Shown here one piece after another: positions 1 through 12,900 of a stretch of DNA of 64,000 bases. Position 1 is the stretch's first letter; every line of letters begins with the position of its first letter. The stretch is from Paramecium tetraurelia. Taxonomy: Eukaryota. The position numbers and the translations under genes are program-made. The notes beneath the pieces are model-generated. The model searched no databases. It saw only the letters and a list, made by a program, of their open reading frames with translations, and was not told where the DNA came from. Where the stretch lies: contig CT868045.1 in NCBI GenBank assembly GCA_000165425.1, positions 1 to 64,000 on the forward strand, given 5' to 3'.

Positions 1-41
1 CCCCAATCCCAACCCCAACCCCAAACCCCAAACCCAACCCC
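1..41. repeat. Telomeric repeat tract (C-rich strand), macronuclear chromosome end
   Basis: ccccaa tcccaa ccccaa ccccaaa ccccaaa cccaa cccc at the very start of the window. Resembles the mixed C4A2/C3A3 Paramecium telomere. Confidence 0.93.
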
Positions 42-282
42 TGCGAGTCATCTTTATTAATGTGATATTAATTCAAATTTTCTTTTTGTAGATCAGTTTT
101 TGAACATATCAAATTATGTTTTAAATAATTTAATCTTTCTTTGAATTTACTAAGTTTCACCCTTTATGATTTTACTTGTTTGATTAATGATTGGATGTTC
201 TTTTTTTTGAAAGTGCTTTTAGTTTAATTTTTTTAAATTTGATTAGTAATAAGGATTTATATATAATTTCTATTAAGAATAT

Positions 283-2900
283 ATGATGTAAATACTTTGT
301 GATAAAGTGATATTTATTTATAAATAATAATTTATATCACAGATTTGATAAATTATATTAATAAATGGGTTCATTTTCATCCAAAAAGATATGAGGAGAA
401 AATGCCTAATATAAATAAGTATTTGTTGTGTTTAACCAGCTTTTTAGAAGGCCACATATCTAAAGAGGAAATAAAATAACTAAGGGAAAAGTTGATGGAA
501 ATCTATAAATTAATTTTTACATAAACGTAATTCTGATGCTGATGGTTAGAGATCTTAATTAGAATTTTTAGTCATATATAACAAAGCATAGAAATGACGA
601 TCAAATAAATTTTCGATATTGTGTTACTTTTTGATGCTTTGGCTAAGAGGCTTTGAATTTACTCCTTTAGATTTTACTTCCTAAATTAGCAAATTTTTGA
701 ATCTATGAGAAATTATATATTTCATATTCTGAAATGAAAGATCTTTATTACTAAAATTCATAGATATACAATCTTTTCGTAAGGTAAATTTTTTATTTTC
801 GATTAGGATACAATATTAGATTTATTTATAATTCATTGGCTGATATGATGATAATTAACTTTTCATGAATTGAGAGACAAATTGTATTTACTCAAAGAAC
901 AAAATTACATTTGATAATGTAGATCCTGATCTTAAATAAATTGCAAAATTTTAGTAAGATTTATTAAACGCAATATCTATTCTCAATCATCTCCTTTTAT
1001 TTAATCAACTCAACTACAAATGTAAATATATATTTTTAAATAAATTTATCAAGATGAAATTAATGGAACATGTAATTAGAAATTGGTAATTAAATAAGCA
1101 TAACCTCAACTATAAAATGAAATATCTTACCAATTGAGAATATGAAGTTAATTTCCTAAGAAAGTTATATAAATTTGTAATTGAGTTGAAAAAATGATTC
1201 ATACTGATTTTAGATTACCTTAATTTTGATAAGCGAATAAATAATAAAAAAATTGGATTAGACAGTAACCTTCTTATTTAAGGATTATTCAAATTTATAG
1301 AGTTAATTATAAAATTTAATCAATAATTGATTCGTCCAAAGCCTTATTTGAAAAGGTTATGATTTATTTAGCATCTAAAAAGTAGATCAATTTTAATATT
1401 ATAAGTGAAGATTTTCGAAGTACATAAGTAAGTTTAGCGAATTGAATCAATTCATAATAGTTTTTCCAAACTTATTGTATGATCAATTATCTAAATCATA
1501 ATTTTATTTTTTTGAAAAGTAATCTTTAGAAAAAAAGAAATTGAATTAATATCAGGTAATAAAAAGGAATTATTTCATTCAATGTTCCTCCACTATACAA
1601 CTGTTATAAATAAGAGGTTGGATTAAAAAAACATTCGAATAGGTTTCAAAAAATCATAATAAACAACTTTCGAAATCAGCTTTTTAAATAGTCATCGAGA
1701 GACTCATGTAAATTAGCCAAAAACAAATATTTTCTTCTATTCCTTTATTCTTGCCTTCTTCATATTATTGAAGCCTGGCTATCTTATTGAATTTATAATT
1801 AGGTATACAAAAATTCTATTTTTTATTTATCCCTTAATTTTAAGATGAGAGATGAATATGACAATAACATTAAATTAGAACTTGTTGAAGTATATTTGGA
1901 CTTAACTTTTACATAATATTTTCTTCTGTTTTGACTTATTTAAGTCAAAACATGAATAAATTGTAAGTTGTAAGTATTTGGTTATTTTCCTCTCTTTTAT
2001 TACCATTATTATATATTAGATTGCTGAAACTGTTCAATTTTATTCAAATTTAGTGTAAAGATATAACATTTCATTTGTAAAATATTTTTGAGCAAATAAA
2101 TTAAAGGAATTTAATGTGATTAAATCATTTTAATAGCCATTTTGGTCTTGGAATACCGATTTGATTTAAAATGTTGGAGTTAAGGAAGGCTAATTATAAA
2201 TAAAGTAGGTGTGTATTCTACATCATAATATAGATAGTTTACTTAATTTAAAGTACATAAAATCTACTTTTAGGATTTTATCAATTTTATGAGAAAATTA
2301 AGAAGTCTCTCTAATGATAAATCGATTTAGAACTTCAATTCAAGATAAGAAAAATGTGCCATCGAATAGACTGAAATTATAATCTCCATGTTAAACTAAA
2401 TAGGAATACAAAAAATATATATTATTAATCTAATACAATAAAGAAAACATAGAAATCATCATTTTAAAGTTGAAGAATTCTTATAGTTTTTTTCAATTCC
2501 TTAATTAGAAATAAGGAAGCACTTAAATTTTAATCAAAAAACTTTGAATGGGTTTAATAATTTATTTGTAAATTTTGAAGTTAAATCTGTTATTATTTTT
2601 AAATCATTCATTTAAGTTAAGGTCTATTACCAATCTAACAGAATTAATATCAAGTAAAATGAGGCTCAAACTTGAACAAACTATAGATAAAATATTCAGT
2701 AGGTTTTCTTTGAAAGAAAGACTTTAATGCTCATTTTAGGTTGACTCATTTTATCTTAATCCTTTGAAATTATGATTTATTGCAAATCTATCAATTTGCG
2801 GAAAAACCAAAAGTGCTATTTTGAAAAATTCAAGGCGATTTGATATTTAAATCTTACGTTATAATTCAACATTATATAGATAATATTATTAAGAAATAGA
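283..2900 (+). pseudogene. Decayed subtelomeric gene of unknown function (boundaries approximate)
   Basis: Protein-like code-6 segments (DLINYINKWVHFHPKRYEEKMPNINKYLLCLTSFLEGHISKEEIKQLREKLME; FNVIKSFQQPFWSWNTDLIQNVG) are repeatedly broken by TGA and frame changes. Confidence 0.5.
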
Positions 2901-3029
2901 AATTTTCACTCTTTTATAATTATACATATTGATTTTCTATTTTTTTTTATTACATCATATTGTAATAAATTTCATATTTCTCTATTAAATAAGTACTTCC
3001 AAATTCTTTTGGAATGTTCTGCTAATCAT

Positions 3030-4580
3030 TCAGAAAAATTTCACAAATCTTTTCTAATTTAGTTAATTTTAGTTAAGGAGTAATATTTATTCAATTTTAT
3101 TAGATTAACTAGAACGATTGTTGAGATTCTAGCATGTGTAGTTGAGACTGATTACCTGTGTTTTATTAGAATACTTATTCATAATAAATCTGAGTGTTAA
3201 ATTAATGGTTTCTGTGTAACAGAGAAATCTTGAGGTAAAGATTGCCTTCTTTTATTATTTTGTGTTTTTGATAACTAAAGAGTTTGACATCTTATGTTTC
3301 GAATCTCCATTGTCTTCGGCCTGTGTCTAGAAACTGCATCTCTAAATTTACTCTTAAATTTCTTAAGATAGTTAGTTGAATTTAGATAAATTTTCCTTGT
3401 AAAAGTCATAATCCAAACATTATTATAAAGTGAATCTATGGAGAGGATTTTTTCTCACCTTAGAAATAATAAAAGACTTGAGTGATTAAGGAATACAAAC
3501 TTTGCCATAATAATTAATTTAATCATTCACATTTTATCTAAAAGTGTCATCTTTTGTCTTACTTTTGAACGAATGAGAATTATAAAAGCTATTTAATTTT
3601 GTTATTCTTACACTTCATATATAATTATACCAATACTAATCACATCGCAGGACAATCCATGCATCTTTGACTTTTCTTGATATTCTATAATTTCTGGTGC
3701 ATATGCTGCTATTGTTGTTTGATTTAAGTAGAGAATCCAAAATCTCCTATTCCAAATTGCCAATCTAAAGGATCTTTGTTTTTATACAGGATATTGAATG
3801 GCTTTAAATCTTGATGCATAATTCCCTAATTTAGCTTTAAATACTTTGGTGCGCCTATAATTAACTGTTTCAATTAATAATTTGACCACCTCTCTTTTGA
3901 ATAGGAAATTAAAATTTTTGATTTTATTGATAAATTGTTCTCCTTGAAGAGACAGATGATTAATCGAATGTGTTCTATTTATTAATAGAAATTCTACTTT
4001 CTGATTCATATATTTGATGCAATTTCATGATATTTGGGTGATCCAAACTCCACATCATAAATATTTCTTCTAACGATGTTTTCGATCTCAACACACGATG
4101 TCTCCCTGTGACTTGTTCCTTCTCAATCTATTTTACTGCATATAATTTATGGTCTATACTATTTTCTGCTAAAAAGACCTAATCTATTTTGAAAAGTCTA
4201 ACTTGAGCTGTTGAACCAGTACCTATATTTTGAAGCGATTGGTGTTGCTAATCAAATCCGTCGATAATACATTTCGATAGTTCTTTCAAAAATAAATCGA
4301 TCTCAACTGAATGGTTAATAATAAAGTTCAATTCTGCTGTGAAATTATTAGAGTAATGCAATATTAGGGGTAAATTTTTTTGGTTAGTTTAAAATAGACG
4401 CTCTTCAAAACAAAGAATCTTCCCAACTCCTCATTCTTTCTATTAAATTAAAATTTTGCACCTCTCTAAAATAAAACAAATCTTATTAAATGTTTTATAT
4501 TGTCTAGCGATTAATTTTTTTAATATTGTCCCTGTTTTATATAATGTTATCATCTTGGAGCAATCCTTACATAAGTTCAT
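3030..4580 (-). pseudogene. Ser/Thr protein kinase pseudogene (CAMK-like)
   Basis: Recognisable motifs IGTGSTAQV, YAVKQIEK, SLDHPNIMKLHQIYES, IMHQDLKPFNILY, GDFGFS, AYAPE, CDVISIGII. DFG and APE lie in different frames (~3690-3750) with no GT-AG intron between them, the activation segment is shortened, and HRD is HQD. Confidence 0.85.
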
Positions 4581-6087
4581 TCATTAATTGATAATCTATT
4601 CTTTCCAAAATTATTCAGATCCAGAATTATATAGAAAATATAAGTTTGAGCTTTGCATTTATAAAAATAATAAACTACTATATATTTTCTCAATGTATTA
4701 ATAGTATAACTAGAGCGCGTTGATTAAATAAATCTAAACTCTCAACATCACACCCAGATATTTGGCTAACAACCATAATATCATTATTCCAATATTTAAA
4801 ATAGTAAATCTATAACTTATTGACAAATATCATCCTAAATTTAAATACCTTTCAATCAATACCAAATATGTTGTAAATATCATCAAACAACTCTAAAATT
4901 ACCCATATCTGCCATCTAATTATTATATATTTTATAATCAATTCATTCAATTTTGAGTTATAATGACAGCGAATAAAGCATATAAATATAAGAATTGCAA
5001 GCAATTGACTAAATGAATACATTTTCTAATTAATTTTGTAGAATAATCTTTTCATAAAGCAAATATTATTATTCTAGTAATCATGTCTGATAGTCCTTTG
5101 GGCTCTTTTAGATACATCTTAGCATGGGACATACCTTTTAGATCCTTTTTTTAAACTTCAAGTTTGAAAAGTAATGTAATTTGTTTCTATAGTGTAGAAA
5201 ATTAATTTCAAGATATTCAGTTGAATGAGGCTCTTTGAAATGCTAAAAATGAATTCCCTTCTACTAATTTGCTTAATTATTAATTATTACTAATAAATAA
5301 GCTTATATGTTCCTTCTAAACATACTCTTTTATTTTCTTTAATTATTAATATATAAAACTTGGATATAAATGTTCATCCATGTCTACTTATCTGAATGAG
5401 CATCTATTATGATAACTAGTTATGAGTATTTTAGTCGGTCTAAATTACATGTAAAACTATTTTATCAATGAATTAAAACATATAAAAATGCAAACTTATT
5501 CAAGTAAATTAACATTCTCAATTTACAAAGATGAAAAGAATCAAAGAATAATAAAATTAGAACGAATAATTATTTTCAATTAATTTTTAATTTGTTACTT
5601 TCTTTTACTCAAACGATATTGGTCTAGTATGATTCCTGTATCCGAAAGCATTGATGTTCGCAATTTTGGTTTGATAACAATCAACTCTATTGATTTAATA
5701 ACACCTATTAATAATTTAAGTGGCGAAATTTTTAAATATCCAATTTTTAAGATACCTTCAAATCGAGTACTATTCATAATTTTAACTACCTGATGTATTT
5801 TGTACCCTAAACTTATTATCACAAAAACTAAATATTTGAACAAAAAAATAATTAATTTGTCACTCTATTGTAAATCTAAATTTTAATCTATTTGATAGAA
5901 ATGAAATTTTTTCAGAATAATTAAAGTGGTTCACCAAAATACCTTAATAGTTGAGATCTTAAGTAAAATGTAATTTAAGATTGATTTATATATTAAACTG
6001 TACATTTAACTAGTAACTTAAAATATATAATATATAAAAAAATTGAATAAATATCTTGTGATTATCATAGAACAATTAAAACTAAAA

Positions 6088-7870
6088 TCATATTTAATAG
6101 GATTTAATTAGGTTTTTAATTTTGGTTTACATTTGATATGATTTTAGTAATTCTTTATTCCCTTTTGCGCTATTCTGAGCAGTTTGAGGAGGTTTAATTG
6201 ATTCTAAATTAAATGATGTACCTCTCTTTCTTTTAGGTGGTAATTAGACATGATTTAAATTATTGATAATTAAGAAATTGATGTTAAATCTTGGTTTTTC
6301 AAAGCAGTATTATTTTTAGCTCGCTTTAGTTTAAGGTCTTTTGAAGTGAGTTTATCTAAAATTGGTGATATTGATATTTTAATGGTTGCTTACATTCTTT
6401 TCCTTGAGATAGATTTCTGCAACTTAATTAAGTCCCCATTTGGGAGAGTTAGGTTTATTTTTATTTGTTGTAGAAATTGATCTAAGTTTCCTGTTTTAAG
6501 GTTTTGAACCTTCATAAGTGTTTGTATCTATATTTAAATTCTAAACCTTTGTTATTTAGAATTATTATTCTTTAAGGGAAATTGCTCTCTCTTTAATTAA
6601 ATAGGAACATTTTGCTAAAGTATAATTGAAATTGATACATTTACGAATGATTGGAATGACAAATCCACATTTTTAAGGTTCTAATAGAGGTTTCAGAAGA
6701 ACGATCTCATAATTTTATTCATGCTTTTGATGAACATCTTCTTAGATGATTTATTTGGAAATATCATGAAATCTATTGTGAACATTCAACAACTAGTTGA
6801 CCAAGGGCATATCCTTGGGAAAATATAAGTAAACTAACTCCAATGCTCTGGATAAATAATTCTCAGCTTCTGTAAATTGCAATGGATCTAAGATTTGCTC
6901 AATAAATCTTGATTCGGTTGAAGTGCAATATAGGGAGATAACAAACAGGGACAATATATGGAGGAATTATTGATTGCTGGGATTCACCTGAAGGAGGAGG
7001 GAATCAAAGTTCAAAGGAGTCATCTAAATGTAACTAAGGATGTTGGCTTTTTCTATATATTAAGTGGGGCAATTATTGAAGATATACAGAAGATTCTCTT
7101 GGGTTAATTGTTAAGTTTTTGAGGAGGGGAAGGTGATAATGATTCCCTATTATTTAGGCTTCAATTGGGGCAGGGCTATGGACTTCCTTAATATCTCCTC
7201 TAGGAGTTTCTTCTGCAAGGATTCTTCTGAATGGGAATGGAGATCGAACATTAACTTTAATGCTTTTTTGATTGCGATTTTAGAGATGGCCAATGCTTCA
7301 TGATGCTAACCAATTTCTGATAAAATTATGCAACATTGGAGAAAACATTGTAGTCTTATAGTGTCTAAGAGGATTCTCTCTTGTGTTGTTTGATTTATAT
7401 ACTTCTTCAATATCAAAATAGTATCTTCGAAACAAGTGAAGGCATTTTCCAACCATCCTATGGCGTAGAATGAGACACCCTTAATATAAAGCATGAGTAC
7501 CGATGTTGATTTTGTTGATTAGTTGATAATGAATAGGAGGACTTGCTATTGCAGTTAGGATTTATTCTGCTTATTTAAATTAGAATAAAGCTTATTGGTA
7601 TTGATGTTGTTCGTATTCCAAGACTCCGTATTTGATGGTCTCCTTAAATTTGGATTCAGATTCATCCTCATAGATGTATAGGACAGATTAGCTCTTTTTT
7701 TTGGAATCCTAATATAGGGGATTCTAAGTACACTCATTCTAATAATCTCAACTGGTTGAATCTTTTGGAACAATTGCACAAAGTAAGCTTGTATCATTCT
7801 GGTCTTGTACATTCTGCTGTTTTTTCTACCCTAAACCATTCAATAGTTTTGGAGACTTTAATTCGTTCAT
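6088..7870 (-). pseudogene. Probable pseudogene of a helical (TPR-like) hypothetical protein
   Basis: Starts MNELKSPKLL at 7870. In-frame TGA at codon 41 (7748-7750) and frame changes near 7535 and 7095 without usable introns. Otherwise long coherent code-6 frames (AENYLSRALELVYLYFPKDMPLVNQLL) end at TGA 6088-6090. Confidence 0.7.
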
Positions 7871-7895
7871 ATTAAAAGTATTTTATATAATATAT

Positions 7896-9080
<1,185 letters not shown>

Positions 9081-9683
9081 AGATTAATCAATATATAATT
9101 AGAATAAATCATTATCATGTACATATTTATGTTTTTCAAATACAAATAATAAAGCTTTTAGTAAATAGTTTATTTATTTTTATCAATTATCAAAAGATTT
9201 TGGATACAATATTATAAATTAAATAAAAAATCAGAATAGTAGTCAACTGATAATTAATCATAGTGTGAATTATGAATTTTCTATATCATTTTGTATGTAA
9301 AAGGTAAATGATGTTTAATTATTATTACTAAATTGATAAAGGTTAGAATTACCATTTAATAATAACTTTTTTAATTCATCTTAATTACAATATTATTTTT
9401 TAACTAGTAAGATTTAGCTTAAATAGAAAATAATTACAAAATAATCAACTCTAGTTTTATCTATATTAATAATTTTACAAAAGCTCTTCAACACTCAAAA
9501 TAAAGTATCCATCAAAACACTATCAGCTAAGAAAATACATAAAAACACCTATGATCTCAAAATGAATTTTGATATTAATAGACTTTACAATATCTATTGA
9601 CCCACTCATTTATCATTCATAAAATAAATCTAATATATAGGTAAACAAAAAAATAAATTCAATTATTATACTAAATTCAAATT

Positions 9684-9929
9684 ATGAAAGTCAAAATAAA
9701 AGAATGGAATGCTGTGACTTCTTGGATATGGAGTCTCGATACAGACAGATGCACAATATGTTAGTTAGCATTTGAATAGCCTTGTCCAAGATGTAAATTG
9801 CCAGGAGATGAATGTCCCCCGGTGACAGGAGCATGCAATCATCATTTTCATTTACACTGCATAGTTAGATGGACTGAAGAATAAGATTATTGCCCGCTTG
9901 ATAGATAAAAATGGAAAGTGAAAAATTGA
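9684..9929 (+). CDS. APC11: Anaphase-promoting complex RING-H2 subunit 11
   Basis: 81 aa: [90 protein letters not shown] and C..CK.PGD.CP are APC11 signatures. Confidence 0.92.
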
Positions 9930-9965
9930 TAATGAAAAATATATTGGCTTCGATGTTCATAATTT

Positions 9966-12900
9966 TCATTACTATTATGGTTATTTTTTTGGTTTTTTCT
10001 TATTCAAAAATCTCTCTATTGCTTGTAAATCTTAGTCATTTTCTAAATCCATCATCTCCTCTATATTTAATGGCTCCAAACTAACTACAGCCTATTGCTT
10101 TTTCCTAGATTAATAATAACAAACAAGTCATACTGTTATTGATTGCCAATACCTAAATTAGTTTTCATATCCAGAATGGCATCAGTAATCAATTGTTGTC
10201 TCTTTTTAAGCAGAGCCATATCATGGTCAATTCTGGCAGTAGGATCCCCAGCAGAAAATTTAAACTCTGTGTTCTTAAACATCAAATATAAGGAATCTGC
10301 CATCTTAGACACTGCTTTTAATAAGAATTGGTGATCATTCACTTTAGGTCTATATAATATATTAACTTTTACTCTATAAATTCATTCCAAAATTGAGCCA
10401 CTGCCCTTATTGTGTCTGGGCAATCAAAACAATTTAACCAAGCTTTGATTCTTATATCGCTTGCCAAATTCAATTCAATTTCCCCCTTCATTTATGTCCT
10501 ATAAGCAAAATATTCCCTAAAAGCTGATTGCATCCCCAAAGCCCACTTATTTAAGAGACACTTGTTTGGTAAAGCTGATAATTTAAAAATAGTCTAAGGA
10601 GTCAATTTTACTACCTCAACTACCAATTATGATTTAATGTTGGAAGATAGTGCTTTAACAACAGACCTCCACCCACTTCTATTGGTTCTGATATCCTTTT
10701 TGTCGATGGTTATATCTTTGAGAGGAGCACCTCCCTTTAATTCCAATAGTTATTTACCTGGTTTAAGTTAATAAACAGGAATAGATCCATAAGCACAAGA
10801 TATTTGAATTAATCTACCCTTATTGGTTGAATAAGTAATAAACTCGAAAATCAACTCTATCATATTATCCATTTTCTCATCGAAATTGCCCCATCTCAAA
10901 AACATCGCTTATTCCATTGCAGCAGAATCGAAGATCCATCTGTCTTCGTATTCTGAGTTCCATTGAGCAGGAATATAAATAGCATTGCCATCAAATTTAT
11001 TTAATGCTTTATCCATGAGTATAATTCCTACTTCTCTTCTCAAAAAGGAACTTCTGGGGACATCTTTTTCATCTGGAATTGGTATTCCAGTTGCCTCAAT
11101 CATTCGAATTTCAGCTATATAATTGTTTTTGATATTAACTTTATCAAGAATACTCTATTTTATATTGAAATTGGCAGCATCTACGTAATTTAATCCTTAA
11201 TAGAAAAATCCACAATTGTCTAAGACAGGTTTCAATTATTATGAAGGTAAATTTTGTAATTTTTTATTTTGACTGCGTACAAAACTCATGATAAAGTTTT
11301 AAGGCAATGTCAAAAATATTTCCTTTAAATCATGCAATGATATTCTTCGACTACCCTTAATGTTCATAACAGCAGCGGATGCCTTTGCTGACATTCCTGA
11401 TTAATTCTTCTAAATAAAGTAAATAAACTCATCAATATCAATTGAACCTGACTTATCCTCATCTATTTCAATAAACAAGTCCTCAAGTTCTTCGTTTTTT
11501 ATTTGAACTCCCATATTTTAAAATACTTAGCTAACTTATTCTTTTGATAGCATTCTTGTTGTTGGATTACAAACTTATCTAAACTCTCTTCTTAGATCTT
11601 CTAATAAATCATCTGCTTATAATAATTCTTTTTTTAGTATATCTTTAACAATGTGCGAAAACTCTTGGTAAGATATGGTCCCACTTTTGTCTCTATCAAA
11701 TTATGCAAAGTATTAAGTTAATTCTTCAGTGCCTGGGTTGAGTCCTACTGATTATAATGCTTTAAGTAATTCCCTTTAATCTAGAGATTAATTTTTATTT
11801 TCATCAATCTAATTGAATAGTTCTTGGATTTCTTACTCAATATCTTAACTCATGATAATTTATTCAGCCTTGTTTTTGTTATTATCTCCTTATTTCGATT
11901 AGAACACTAGTCTAAATTCATTTATTGAAATATTTCCACTTGAATTTGCATCTAAATAATCGTATAAGTCTTCGCATTAAATGGCTGTTAATCCAAATTA
12001 AGCTTCAAGTGCTTTTTTGACAAATATATTTTTATCGATGGTACTGGCTGAATTAGGAGGGAAAAAGTAAAGTGCAAAGTCATCATATGATTTATTTCTC
12101 TTTTTCAAGAATTCATTTATGATTGGTAACATTTTTGTAAACTTTTCTTTGTTTTGTGTATTGAGTATACTCTTTCTTTAATCTTTATTGGCCAATCCAA
12201 ATTATTATTTCTCATCATCCTAATTAAATTATCCTGTTTTGCTTCTATCAACCTTTAAGGATTGAGCCAAATCACTTAAATTGATAAATCCATTTAATTG
12301 TAATGTTTGCTTGATTGCCTTTATCTCTTCTCCTGAAATAGTTCCCAATAGCCTTTTACTGATTTGTAAGAAATCATTGTAAGGTATTTAATTATATCCC
12401 TTCTTATCAAATTATTCAAACAAATTAAAGCAATTCTTCGAAAGCACCACTTCAGATAAGTGTAATAAAAATGCATCTAAAGTTTATTTCAATCCTATTT
12501 CCATCTATTATGATTGCTATTGCAAAGGATTATTATTCTTTGTAGGCACAATGATTTGATTCAAATTTAATATATCGTCATACATCCTATAAGTAATCAC
12601 TCCTGATTATTGAGTATCCCAATATTGAAATGCTTCTCTTAGTTCTCTTTCATTCAACCCAATCTTAAGATTTTTGTTAATTTTTATTAGCTAAGGCATT
12701 TGCCAAGTTTGTTATTATTCTCCTATCAAATTCCATAGTTATTGTTTTGTATACTATTAATGTTTGACCATTGTAAAGTTGAGTGCTTTGGCTAATAGTT
12801 TTCCAGGGTTGTTCATTTTTAGATAAGGCAACACAATACTCATTTAATTTTATCCCTGCGAATAATAATAGTAGAATTATTGGATATGTGGAGTCGGTGC

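Noticed and set aside
5595..5843. ORF-track 82-aa minus-strand ORF
   Set aside because: No ATG start, no recognisable motif, and it lies in decayed subtelomeric DNA.
7748..7750. In-frame TGA as selenocysteine or readthrough (also 23376-23378)
   Set aside because: No redox motif or SECIS seen, and both genes carry additional frameshift or splice lesions. Pseudogenisation is simpler.
9272..9570. Short code-6 ORF between the AGC kinase and APC11
   Set aside because: Low-complexity AT-rich translation with no motif. Open frames arise easily when TGA is the only stop.
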